Under the pieces are notes generated by a model that did no database searches, had not been told where the DNA came from, and saw nothing but the letters and a program-made list of their open reading frames with translations. Shown one piece after another: positions 20,558 through 30,643 of a stretch of 64,000 nt of DNA (position 1 is the stretch's first letter; every line of letters starts with the position of its first letter). Source of the DNA: an uncultured Rhizobiaceae bacterium. Lineage in GTDB: Bacteria; Pseudomonadota; Alphaproteobacteria; Rhizobiales; Rhizobiaceae. A program made the translations under genes and the position numbers. The stretch spans positions 18 through 64,017 of the forward strand of contig CAXBCW010000009.1 of NCBI GenBank assembly GCA_963974325.1, written 5' to 3'.

Positions 20558-22125
20558 CTCTGGTTGATACACAGCTCTTCTTGGCCTTCAATGATAGGCA
20601 AAATGGCTGTAATTTGAAGTGTGCCAACAAACCTATCAAACCCGTTGAAGCGTCTGATTTCCACTTGGCTGGCAGCGCATGAATTATTGCTTTGCCAGAA
20701 TTCAGCATCATATCTGCCCATATGCACAGCACCAAACTGACGCAATTCCTCAGGTGTTACCCATGGTGAATAATCAAAATTATGCTCTTCAAACCATTTC
20801 GCGGTGCGCCCTGTTAAATGGTTGGCAACAGTGGCAGCTGGAATTTCGCCCGAAACGATCTTAATAGGCATTTCAGGATTAAAACCAAAATTAATAAGGC
20901 CGTTACGCCAAACATCTTGCGCTCGAAGTGTTACTTTTTCGGTTGGCATAACAGGTGTCCAAGGCTGTAAATTGTCTTGGAGAGCTGATTTAAGAACCCG
21001 TTCGCCAGGATAAATGATCGCCATAAATACAATGAATCCAAAGATCAGATATTGCCTGCTTTTTGTCCAAACCATGGTATTTCCCATACGACCACATAAA
21101 TAGACTACAAGGAGCGTGGGTAAAAACAAATAATTCATAAAAAACCATTCGTCTTTTAAAGTTGCTCCTGAAAAACCCGCAATGAAAAGCCCTACCAAAC
21201 TTGGGAACATAGCCATCCATGCAATCATCCATTTAAGTTCGTATTGCGCGGTGTCTAGCGTCTCATGGCTCGAACCGTTTAGACCATTGCGTATGGCCAA
21301 ATACGGAAGCAATGCAAGTGCAAGCCATGCACCCACCACGGCTAATGGACCCACAATAAAACCAAATGCAATGGGAGACGATCCGACACGCTCTATTGCA
21401 TACGCGTAGACGAAATCCAGATTCTCAATCAGCCAAAAAGCGTGCGGAACTGCAATTACAACAAATATAATAGCTGCTAAAAGAACCCCGATCCAAGATA
21501 TTTTAGGGCGCAAAGTGGGGCTGGTCATTGCCGCTAAAAATAGCGCCGCCATGACAAGGACAAAAGAATATTTGGTTTGCAGACCAAAAGAGGCAGCAAG
21601 CCCGACGCCAATCCACCAATATAATTTTTGTGTTTGCAGCGCTTTCCAACCAAAGAATGCAAATAACCCAATAAATGCAAATTGAGCTGTATTTGCATTC
21701 CATTGCGGAAGTGAACTACTGAAATAAAATATGAGTGGTGACACGATGACTGCAGTAAATGCGATTTGATGACTATAAACGGTTCGAATCGTTAGATAGA
21801 TCGAAACTTGGAAAACAGCATATCCAAGAGCGGACAGGATATAGGCTGAACCTTTCCAGCCACCAGAGGCCTGATAGGCAATTTCCATAAGCCAAATTTT
21901 GACAGGTGGATGGCGATAGACCCCCATCGGCCATTCGCGTGCCCAGGCAATAATTTCCATGGTGTCGGCGGGAAAGCCCGCATTTGATAAGATGGGGACG
22001 ATTGTCCATAAAGCCATGTAAGCTGCCAGCCAAATGGCCAAACCATAGGGCGCTTTAAACAGGCGATTGAGAAGATTAGCATTCTGGCTAAGATGTTCTT
22101 TCAAAGCCCCAAAACTCCAACTCAT
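20554..22125 (-). CDS. GT39/ArnT-like (PMT family) membrane glycosyltransferase
   Basis: DTMEIIAWAREWPMGVYRHPPVKIWL, GLQTKYS, PHAFWL; multiple TM segments. Confidence 0.85.
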   Translation of the reverse strand: MSWSFGALKEHLSQNANLLNRLFKAPYGLAIWLAAYMALWTIVPILSNAGFPADTMEIIAWAREWPMGVYRHPPVKIWLMEIAYQASGGWKGSAYILSALGYAVFQVSIYLTIRTVYSHQIAFTAVIVSPLIFYFSSSLPQWNANTAQFAFIGLFAFFGWKALQTQKLYWWIGVGLAASFGLQTKYSFVLVMAALFLAAMTSPTLRPKISWIGVLLAAIIFVVIAVPHAFWLIENLDFVYAYAIERVGSSPIAFGFIVGPLAVVGAWLALALLPYLAIRNGLNGSSHETLDTAQYELKWMIAWMAMFPSLVGLFIAGFSGATLKDEWFFMNYLFLPTLLVVYLCGRMGNTMVWTKSRQYLIFGFIVFMAIIYPGERVLKSALQDNLQPWTPVMPTEKVTLRAQDVWRNGLINFGFNPEMPIKIVSGEIPAATVANHLTGRTAKWFEEHNFDYSPWVTPEELRQFGAVHMGRYDAEFWQSNNSCAASQVEIRRFNGFDRFVGTLQITAILPIIEGQEELCINQS

Positions 22126-22158
22126 TATAGATCATTCCCATGTTTTATGACTTCAAAC

Positions 22159-22190
22159 AAAAACCCCCTGCTACGAGAGCAAGGGGTTTT
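22159..22190 (-). terminator. Terminator after rpsD
   Basis: AAAACCCC...GGGGTTTT inverted repeat. Confidence 0.65.
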
Positions 22191-22221
22191 CAGTACTATA
22201 TATATTGTTTTTAAAACAGAC

Positions 22222-22839
22222 CTAGCGAGAATAAAACTCGACAACTAGATTTGGTTCCATGATCACAGGATAAGGTACATCAGCAAGCTGTGGCAAACGA
22301 ACATAAGTCGCTACCATTTTGTTGTGATCCACATCGATGTAATCAGGCACATCACGCTCAGCCAAATCTTTAGCTTCAAGAACAAATGCAAGTTGCTTTG
22401 ACTTTTCGCGGATTTCGATCACGTCGCCTGGCTTACAACGGTATGAAGGAATGTTTGTGCGTGTGCCATTGACCAAAACGTGGCCGTGGTTGACGAACTG
22501 ACGTGCAGCAAAGATTGTTGCTACAAATTTAGAACGATACACAATCGCATCCAAACGTGATTCCAAAAGACCGATCAAGTTATCCGGTGTATCGCCTTTA
22601 CGACGAACAGCTTCGTCAAACGTTGCACGGAACTGCTTTTCACGGATTTCGCCGTAATAACCTTTAAGCTTCTGCTTCGCACGAAGCTGAACACCAAAGT
22701 CAGACAATTTACCCTTACGGCGCTGACCGTGCTGGCCTGGACCATATTCACGACGGTTGACTGGTGACTTAGGACGTCCCCAGATATTTTCGCCCATACG
22801 GCGATCTAGTTTATATTTTGATGCTTGGCGCTTGCTCAT
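22222..22839 (-). CDS. rpsD: 30S ribosomal protein S4
   Basis: [49 protein letters not shown]. Confidence 0.98.
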   Translation of the reverse strand: MSKRQASKYKLDRRMGENIWGRPKSPVNRREYGPGQHGQRRKGKLSDFGVQLRAKQKLKGYYGEIREKQFRATFDEAVRRKGDTPDNLIGLLESRLDAIVYRSKFVATIFAARQFVNHGHVLVNGTRTNIPSYRCKPGDVIEIREKSKQLAFVLEAKDLAERDVPDYIDVDHNKMVATYVRLPQLADVPYPVIMEPNLVVEFYSR

Positions 22840-23069
22840 CGCATTTCCCTTTCGAAACAAAGACCCTGACCCACCATTGGCTCAGGGTTTAGGAAACGCG
22901 CCCTCCTCTGACCTCAATTGAAGCCTGACAGAATACTCACCAAATAAGCTAGGGAGCACTCACGGGACACGTAAAAACAGCGCGAAAGAATAAACCCACG
23001 CGCTGTCTGTGCTTCTACGCACTATATATAAGAGAGTCAACGATTATCAGGTCTAAAAACTCGAATAGT

Positions 23070-24584
23070 TTAGAACCGCACCATCAACATAGACGTCCCG
23101 CCATAGGCCTTGTAATGAGACGCGCCAATACCGTCGAAAAAGCCATTGAATAGAAGGGATACACCCTGATCTACAGCAAGGTTTAACCCTGCATCCAAAC
23201 GAGCTGATATTTTGCTCTTGTTTGTGGTGGAAGTGGCCCCCGTTGCGGTATTTAAGAAACCAGTATCAGCAAAGTTCCAGATACCCTTTAAGCCAAAACT
23301 TGGGGTCAACACCATGCCATTTTCCATGACAATATCTTTTGAAAAAGATGCGCCTGTTGAAAGCTGACCAATATTAATGGTCTGGTCTGGTATCGTTGCA
23401 GACAGGCTATCCACATATGACAATTGCTTTTCTTGCAAATAGATGAATGACATTGTAGGCGCGATTTTAATATCATCCTGCATGAAATCACCAGTAATCC
23501 GCGCGTGGATCATGGCGCGGTTTGTTTTGAATGTGTCGGTATAAGTTCCGATCGGCGAGACGCTGTTTGTGGATTGACCAAAAGCTACCCGGCCATCGAA
23601 CACGACATTATCGCGCAAACGCACCACCATATAAGGCCCAATCATCCAGCCCGTTCCAGAAATGCTGGAATTAACTGAGGTATCTTTTTCGCTGGCACGA
23701 TCAACTTGGATAATCCCACCAATAACTAAGTCTGGGTTGACTTTGTGCCCTGCACCAAAATGAACAATGCCAAAATTTTGTGTCTGACCATTTTGTTCTG
23801 ATCGCGCCAAAGCGCCTTGTATCCAGACATTATTTTTATTCGATATGGCTGGCTCATTACTCGTATTATACCCGTAACCAAATGAATTTGCAGAGGTGTC
23901 GTTTAGGTTCTGGCCATTTGAGTTTGCCTTAAACGAGGCACGAAAGCCGGCTGTTGTATCGGCCATGCTGTAGCTTACCGGATTAATATTACCGCCGGAT
24001 TGCGTCAATTGCTGCGCTAAATCAGGCTCATTGGACGCAAGATTCTGTGCGCGTTTGCGCAGAAAGTTATTTATGATTGCGGATGTGTCAACAGTTGAGT
24101 TCTCAGTTAGAGCTGTCACAGTTACTGTCAATGTGATGGTTTCACAAACGTAATAGTTCGGATTTAACTGAGACACAGCAAGACAAGACGCAACGGGCTC
24201 AATATTTGGAGATGCATAAGAATTTGCCAAAACATTAAACGTCACCGAAGCCCCTCCAAATGCAACCTGATCTACAGGGATTGAAAAAGTCTTCATGACA
24301 GACTGCGCCGTCGATGAAACTGTTATCTCTGTTGCCGATCCACTTTTTGGCGCTGTTGTGCTCAGATCAATACCCCGAATGGTATATTGTAACTCAGTGG
24401 TGGCAGATACATCAAACACGATCGGATTATCGCTTGCATTTGCTAGTTTATCTGAATCAATCGTCACATTTGTGCCAGTAATCGCCACGGCAGCATTGGC
24501 TTGCGGTACTATTGCGCTTGTGAGGACTAAATTAGAACCAGCATTGGCAAGACCCGCGGATAAAAATAAAGTGAAGCACATCAC
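23070..24584 (-). CDS. Autotransporter (type V) with short Thr/Ser/Val-rich passenger; 5' end possibly frameshifted
   Basis: Alternating beta-strand C-terminal barrel (VWIQG.., GWMIGPY..VRL.., terminal Phe) and a signal-peptide tail ..AGLANA. Confidence 0.85.
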   Translation of the reverse strand: MMCFTLFLSAGLANAGSNLVLTSAIVPQANAAVAITGTNVTIDSDKLANASDNPIVFDVSATTELQYTIRGIDLSTTAPKSGSATEITVSSTAQSVMKTFSIPVDQVAFGGASVTFNVLANSYASPNIEPVASCLAVSQLNPNYYVCETITLTVTVTALTENSTVDTSAIINNFLRKRAQNLASNEPDLAQQLTQSGGNINPVSYSMADTTAGFRASFKANSNGQNLNDTSANSFGYGYNTSNEPAISNKNNVWIQGALARSEQNGQTQNFGIVHFGAGHKVNPDLVIGGIIQVDRASEKDTSVNSSISGTGWMIGPYMVVRLRDNVVFDGRVAFGQSTNSVSPIGTYTDTFKTNRAMIHARITGDFMQDDIKIAPTMSFIYLQEKQLSYVDSLSATIPDQTINIGQLSTGASFSKDIVMENGMVLTPSFGLKGIWNFADTGFLNTATGATSTTNKSKISARLDAGLNLAVDQGVSLLFNGFFDGIGASHYKAYGGTSMLMVRF

Positions 24585-24706
24585 AATTACAGTATTGAAA
24601 TTTTATTTAGACTACGCACGATAGACACCTCAAAACTTAAAAAACATATCAAACGCCGTTCTAAAGCTTTAAAACGTTCATATACTTATCTGATCCCTAC
24701 GACATA

Positions 24707-24721
24707 TTAACTTTTTGTTAA
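24707..24721. promoter_or_regulatory. Perfect CtrA-type box TTAA-N7-TTAA upstream of the autotransporter
   Basis: TTAACTTTTTGTTAA. Confidence 0.45.
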
Positions 24722-24892
24722 AGAGCCTTGGTGCCAGCAACGCTGTTTCGTCAAAGGAAAGTTAATTTTGGTGTTTTTTTGCTTAACAACGAGACTGAAA
24801 TGACAATCAAAGCTCAAAATAACGGTTAAAGATATTAAACCAACGTGTTATTGGGAGCATAATTTGAAAACTCTCAATTATGAGGCAATGTC

Positions 24893-25882
24893 TTGGCGCG
24901 TAAAATTCGCAAACGAAAAAAGATAGAATCGGGCGTTGCTTTATCGGCTCAAAACCATGCCTCAAACGGGGCCGACTCTGTTTTTCCAAGTCCCCTCTTT
25001 ATCATGATCTACGCCCTATCAAGCTTTGGCGTGATTATGTTGATACGGGCACTTTATGTATTTTTAGATGACATAAAGGCTGGGTTAGATGGCGTATGGT
25101 TTTCTCAAATCATTGAAATTTTGCAATATATAATTGTCAGTATGGCGCCCGCTATTTTCATCGCTTTTTTGTTTACGATTGTTGAAATCATACTCACAAA
25201 GCGACAACGCATACAGACCACTTATTTCGTATCTTTTATCAATTTAATTCTCAGCTTTGGCGGCTTTGTTGCCGTAATTTTCCTATTTGAACGCACACTT
25301 GAGCAGCTGGGGATTGAGCCATTGTGGAATGTAAATGCCACAGTTTTTGGCTCTGTTTGGACATATCTGATTGCGATTATATACTTTTTTATATCAGACG
25401 TTTTGCTCTATTGGGTCCATCGGCTTGAGCATACAAACAAAGCTTTGTGGTACCTACACAAAATCCATCATGCTGTTGAAGATATGGACAGCGTTTCGGG
25501 TGCATTCCACCCCCTGTCAAACATTATCCGTTGGGTTTTTACCGTCCTGCCACTGAGCTTCTTTATTGAAATCAACTTGGGCGACGCCCTGGTTTTTGCT
25601 TCATTCTTATCGGGTGTTCATTTTGTCCAACACACCCGCGCGCCGCTTAATTTTGGTTGGTTTGGCAAAGTTATTGGCGATAATAGGTTTCACTTTGTGC
25701 ACCATTCCAAAGACCCAAAACACTATAATAAAAACTTCGCAGCAATCTTTCCAATTATCGACATGATGTTTGGTACGTATCTGAAGCCATCCAAACACCA
25801 TTTACCAGACACTGGCCTTGGTCATCTAAAAGGTGCAGAAACTGTCGGGCAGTTTTTGTCAGGTAAATTGCAGCCACGGTAG
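24893..25882 (+). CDS. Sterol desaturase/fatty-acid hydroxylase family protein
   Basis: His boxes HRLEH, HKIHH, HFVQH, HFVHH and NFAAIFPIID.MFGT. Start uncertain. Confidence 0.88.
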   Translation: MARKIRKRKKIESGVALSAQNHASNGADSVFPSPLFIMIYALSSFGVIMLIRALYVFLDDIKAGLDGVWFSQIIEILQYIIVSMAPAIFIAFLFTIVEIILTKRQRIQTTYFVSFINLILSFGGFVAVIFLFERTLEQLGIEPLWNVNATVFGSVWTYLIAIIYFFISDVLLYWVHRLEHTNKALWYLHKIHHAVEDMDSVSGAFHPLSNIIRWVFTVLPLSFFIEINLGDALVFASFLSGVHFVQHTRAPLNFGWFGKVIGDNRFHFVHHSKDPKHYNKNFAAIFPIIDMMFGTYLKPSKHHLPDTGLGHLKGAETVGQFLSGKLQPR

Positions 25883-26022
25883 ACGCAGATGTCTATTACA
25901 GGATTTTTGGCACTTTCTTGACGATAAAAAGTGAACCTATATAGATCCGCTTTGATCTAACAAACATAAAAAACACCCGCGTCTTGATCGAAAAGATGGG
26001 GGTGTTTTGTATCTAACCCATT

Positions 26023-26904
26023 TTAAGATGGCGATTTTACCGTTTTAGCCACGAGATAAACACCCATAACAGCCAAGACACAGCCCAATATTGCCATTAC
26101 GCTTAAGCTCTCACCAAACAAGAACCACGTTTGAATGACGGTGACAGGCGGTACAAGATAAAAGTAGCTCGCAACCTTTGCCACCTCCCCTTCGCGGATC
26201 ATATACATGAGCAATAATATGGCGCCAACAGATAAAGCCAGTACTGACCAAATAAGGGCGGCATAAAATTCAATTGAGGGAAGAATTGTTTGGTCTTCCA
26301 ATAGATATGTCATTGGCAACAAAACCAAAGTTGCACCGATATATTGGCAAAATGTTCCCGATAGTAGCGGCACTTTTTTGGCATATATTTTCTGCATAAT
26401 TCCACTGACCGACATGCCCAGCAGCGATAACACACACGCCATGACCCCAAGAATGGATAAAGCAGATCCATCAATATTACTGGATCCAAACACTACAAGT
26501 GAAATTCCGACAAATCCAAAGACCAGACCGAATGTTTGTTTTAAATTGAGGTTTTGGCTGAGCAAAACCCATCCCAAAAATGCTGTAAGTGCCGGATGCA
26601 GCCCGACAAAAATCGATGAAATACCGGCAGGCATTCCCAAATGGACGGCATAGAAAACGCCACCTAAGTAAACACCATGCAACAGCATACCGATCACCAT
26701 TTGCAGAAGACTTGCTGGCAAGCTTGGCCATTTTTTCTTCAAAACAACGATCAACAGTAAAAAAGCCATAGCTGCTAAAACCATTCTCAATGTCAGGAAA
26801 TAAAATGGCTCAATATACGGCAATGCGTATTTTGCATTGATAAAACCTGTGCTCCACAACCAGACGAAAAAGAGTGGAATGACTTGGGTAAGACGTGCTG
26901 ACAA
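26023..26904 (-). CDS. DMT/EamA family transporter
   Basis: FVWLWSTGFI, two EamA halves, YFYLVPPV. Confidence 0.9.
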   Translation of the reverse strand: MSARLTQVIPLFFVWLWSTGFINAKYALPYIEPFYFLTLRMVLAAMAFLLLIVVLKKKWPSLPASLLQMVIGMLLHGVYLGGVFYAVHLGMPAGISSIFVGLHPALTAFLGWVLLSQNLNLKQTFGLVFGFVGISLVVFGSSNIDGSALSILGVMACVLSLLGMSVSGIMQKIYAKKVPLLSGTFCQYIGATLVLLPMTYLLEDQTILPSIEFYAALIWSVLALSVGAILLLMYMIREGEVAKVASYFYLVPPVTVIQTWFLFGESLSVMAILGCVLAVMGVYLVAKTVKSPS

Positions 26905-27037
26905 AATGCTTCATCCGTAAAGTTTTGATCTTAAAACATGGGATGAAAGATCAAAAAAACCGTCACAAAACACGTTTTAACTCATACAAGAATGATTTGC
27001 AGTAACACAGGATTTGACCCGAATATATAGATATAGT

Positions 27038-27877
27038 TCAGATTAAAATTTTGTGTGTCCTACCCGATACACGAATTGAACTACCAATATTCTCACAGAA
27101 ATGAGCATTGATAATTGATTTTCGTCCCATATCTTCACCTTGAATCAACGTGATGCCGTGCTGCTTTGGCCATTTACGATCACGCAAATATCCAGAAAAA
27201 GCAGCCGTTGCAGCACCTTCCATGAGGCCACCGGAAGCAAATGCATTTCGTGAATGAAAAACACTTTCGCTTTCAATCCACACCAACATGATGGTGACCA
27301 GACCGAGCTTACGCATGAAAGCTTTGCCCTCATCAAAATCATAAACCATATGGCGCAAATCTTCGCGCTTGCGCAAGGCAAACACATAATGATCAGCCCC
27401 GGCGTGGATTGCCGCAGGCGGTAATCTTGGATCGAGCTGTGCACGGGAATAGCCAAATAGATCAAGCAATAGACTTGTTTCGTAACAAGATGATAATGAA
27501 GATTGGGTCGGCGGCGAGGTCAGCGTTGCCTTAAATGCGTCGTGATCTTTGGTGCCACGCACAGAAATTTGAGCATCATTTAGCTCTAGATCAAACGTGT
27601 TATCGCCGCAGGCTTCAGCCAAAACTGCTCCCAAAGCAATTGTCGCATGTCCGCAAAATGGAACTTCCGTTTCAGGCGAAAAATAACGTACCCGCCAATC
27701 GGTATCCGTGTCATTTTGCGTCTTTTTAACTGCAAAAACCGTCTCTGAATATCCGACTTCCGCTGCAATATTTTGCATTTTTTCGACCGGCAACATTGTG
27801 TCTAACAACACAACTCCTGCGGGATTCCCTCCCATGCCTTCACTCGAAAAAGCAGAAATTCTCTCTATCTTCATCAT
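27038..27877 (-). CDS. PhzF family isomerase/epimerase (apparent 4-aa deletion in the C-terminal motif)
   Basis: GGNPAGVV, YSETVF, EVPFCGHAT, QGEDMGR.S. Confidence 0.88.
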   Translation of the reverse strand: MMKIERISAFSSEGMGGNPAGVVLLDTMLPVEKMQNIAAEVGYSETVFAVKKTQNDTDTDWRVRYFSPETEVPFCGHATIALGAVLAEACGDNTFDLELNDAQISVRGTKDHDAFKATLTSPPTQSSLSSCYETSLLLDLFGYSRAQLDPRLPPAAIHAGADHYVFALRKREDLRHMVYDFDEGKAFMRKLGLVTIMLVWIESESVFHSRNAFASGGLMEGAATAAFSGYLRDRKWPKQHGITLIQGEDMGRKSIINAHFCENIGSSIRVSGRTHKILI

Positions 27878-28261
27878 TGAGTAGTCTCCAACTCACCAAA
27901 ACTCAGCCCCCCAAACGAACGAATCTGAAAAACACCTTTCAAATCCAGCCGCGCATCATATTTTGGCCGTGATAGTTCGCTAAAATACGCAAAATATCGG
28001 TAAAAAAACCCGATTTTGACTTGATTAATTATACATTAGAATCAAAGCATTGCAAACGCCGAGATTGAGCTAATTAAAAACTGCGAACTAAATACAACTT
28101 GTCAAAATTAATCATATATTTCAAATGCTTGACACAAAACCACCCAGCAAACATTGGCATTATTGAGCGTCTAAATACAAAATCAAGACTGATTTTCAAT
28201 ATAACAAGCGCTTTACTTAACACACACGTTTTAACCATAGAAAAAACCAATTTTAACATCG

Positions 28262-28858
28262 CTACTTGATTAAGCTACGTTTCTTGCTTTCTTGCTGAAA
28301 ATCGCGCAATGCGGCATCAAATTGAGTTATGTCCCATTCCAATATTTGATCCGCGCGATGACGATCTACAAAATCAGAAACAAGCGCCGCCTTATCGCCT
28401 TTGGTTGTTGCCATTGCCTCGACAAATTCACGGGCTTGCGCACTTTTTAAAACGCACTCGCCTTTTATCAGGCATTTGTTCGGGTCATATGCCCAGGTGA
28501 TTTTATCATCATCGATGATTTTAAAACCAGCTTCATCACCGCTCCCCTTAAACAAAGTGCCCTTTTCAATCCCAAGCTCAACTTCATAGCCATCATCGTC
28601 TGGCGTGATGAAAACAAACTGAGCTGCAAATTTTGGCTGAGGGCTAAACACTTCCACATAGCGGATATAGCAACGATCAACTTTTTCACCGTCTCGCTCT
28701 GCTTAATCACAAACACTATCCCATAATCTAAAAGGTTTGTAGTGCGTCACCACCCAATCACCTGGTGTATCATTACCTTCAGCATCTTGGGCAAATGCGG
28801 GCGAAAGACTTGGGGTGGATAAACATAGTAGTGTTGCAAATGAGATGAGGTATTTCAT
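28262..28858 (-). pseudogene. Secreted hypothetical protein interrupted by an in-frame TAA (28703-28705)
   Basis: ATG 28858 gives a signal peptide (MKYLISFATLLCLSTPSLSPAFA-QD) in the same frame as ORF 28262..28657, with a single stop at codon 52. Confidence 0.7.
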
Positions 28859-29042
28859 GATGGGCTCCAAAGCATCGAGTAATTTTGCGATGAACTTAAC
28901 AGTGTTTTATATCACGCAAGATCATTATCGATAACATTTGCGGCATTGACCCTCCCTCTCCTAACCTGCGTAATGGACCTATCAGATATTGGAATGAACT
29001 CATCAATTCTTTCCACTCGTTATTTGCCAAGTCTGATGTTAA

Positions 29043-29951
29043 ATGAGGCTAGCAACAAACGGGCAAATTTTTATGGCAATCCTCGATATATTTTTACTGA
29101 TCCTTGTGACGATCATTTGGGGTGTTAACTTTGCCATTGCAAAACTTGGCATGGACCAATTACCACCATTGTTTTTATCCGCTATGCGGTTTTCCGTTGT
29201 GGCCTTTGCTATCTTTTTCATCCCCCGCCCAAAGGTTGATTGGCGCATTATCTTTGGGATTGCCATTTTTATTGGCGTTATCAAATTTTCATTATTATTT
29301 GTGGCGCTTGATATTGGTTTTGGCGCGGGGCTTTCGTCCGTTGTGGTGCAAGGGCAAGTCTTCTTCACCATCATTCTGGCATTTCTGTTATATGGTGAGC
29401 GCTTGAACCTTTTTCAGATCATCGGGCTTATCATTGGTTTTGCAGGGCTGATTATTATGGGCTTTGATGAAGGTGACAGCTTTAATCTAACAGGCTTTTT
29501 CATGGTGGTTTTGGCAGCCATTTGCTGGGCTATGGCAAATATGTTTTTCAGAAAAGCAGGGAACGCCACAGCTGTTGCAGTGATTGTGTGGGCAAGCCTA
29601 ATTGCCGCTGGCCCCATATGGATCTTATCATTTGTCTTTGAAGGGCCGGTGCGCATAGCAGATGCGTTTATGAATTTTGATGCAATGGGTATTTTTGCTG
29701 TGCTTTATGTCTCCATGCTCTCGACGTTATTTTGCTATTCTTTCTGGGGCAAAATGTTATCAAAATATCGGGCTGCCGATGTGACACCATTTGCCTTGCT
29801 TATTCCCGTATCGGGATTATTGGGTGGGATATTCTTACTCAATGAAAGCATCAGCACATTGGCTCAAATCGGGATATTTGTGATCATGGCAGGCCTTGGC
29901 ATATCTGTGATCGACGGACGAATTTCTCGTAAGAACAAATTAGCCAATTAA
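29043..29951 (+). CDS. EamA family transporter
   Basis: IWGVNFAIAK..LPPL.L..RF, LL..Y.A..V.PF.LL.PV.G. Confidence 0.9.
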   Translation: MRLATNGQIFMAILDIFLLILVTIIWGVNFAIAKLGMDQLPPLFLSAMRFSVVAFAIFFIPRPKVDWRIIFGIAIFIGVIKFSLLFVALDIGFGAGLSSVVVQGQVFFTIILAFLLYGERLNLFQIIGLIIGFAGLIIMGFDEGDSFNLTGFFMVVLAAICWAMANMFFRKAGNATAVAVIVWASLIAAGPIWILSFVFEGPVRIADAFMNFDAMGIFAVLYVSMLSTLFCYSFWGKMLSKYRAADVTPFALLIPVSGLLGGIFLLNESISTLAQIGIFVIMAGLGISVIDGRISRKNKLAN

Positions 29952-30176
29952 AACCCTCCCAAAGACCCAATAAGAGGGGTTCTCACTCTTGACCACAACC
30001 ATTGATTCCCTTATACACCGCGTCAGATGTGGCTCTTTTGGGCCGCATTCTTTTTTGTATGCATGATTTTAAGTGTACGAAAATAAAGCAACAAGAAATG
30101 TCCACATGGAGTTTGGCCGGTTTTTAACCAACGAGAAGCTGAACCCGGGAATGGATCAAACATAGAGAGACTATTT

Positions 30177-30641
30177 ATGAAAACCTTTACGCAGAAACCT
30201 GCTGAGGTGGAAAAAAAGTGGATTATCATCGATGCTGAAGGCCTCGTTGTTGGTCGTATGGCTTCACTGGTAGCACTTCGTTTGCGCGGTAAGCACAAAG
30301 CCACTTTTACTCCACATGTTGACGATGGCGACAACGTTATCATCATCAATGCCGCCAAAATTGTTTTGACGGGTAAAAAATACACAGACAAGAAATACTT
30401 CTGGCACACAGGTTATCCTGGCGGTATCAAAGAGCGCACAGCACGTGCGATCCTTGAAGGTCGTTTCCCAGAGCGTGTTGTTGAAAAAGCTGTTGAGCGT
30501 ATGCTCCCACGTGGCCCGCTTGGTCGTCGTCAAATGAAAAACTTGCGCGTTTATGCTGGTGCAGCTCATCCGCATGAAGCACAGCAACCAACTCCGTTTG
30601 ACGTTGCAGCCATGAACTCTAAAAACACAAGGAGTGCCTAA
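30177..30641 (+). CDS. rplM: 50S ribosomal protein L13
   Basis: [40 protein letters not shown]. Confidence 0.98.
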   Translation: MKTFTQKPAEVEKKWIIIDAEGLVVGRMASLVALRLRGKHKATFTPHVDDGDNVIIINAAKIVLTGKKYTDKKYFWHTGYPGGIKERTARAILEGRFPERVVEKAVERMLPRGPLGRRQMKNLRVYAGAAHPHEAQQPTPFDVAAMNSKNTRSA

Positions 30642-30643
30642 GC

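Noticed and set aside
25917-25942. CTTGAC-N13-CCTATAT heat-shock-like promoter pointing at a terminator
   Set aside because: The spacer seems short for alphaproteobacterial RpoH, and no target gene follows.
27880-28260. 380-bp AT-rich gap upstream of the PhzF gene, checked for a lost regulator
   Set aside because: The minus-strand frame I translated had no start or recognisable motif, and no long ORF is in the track.
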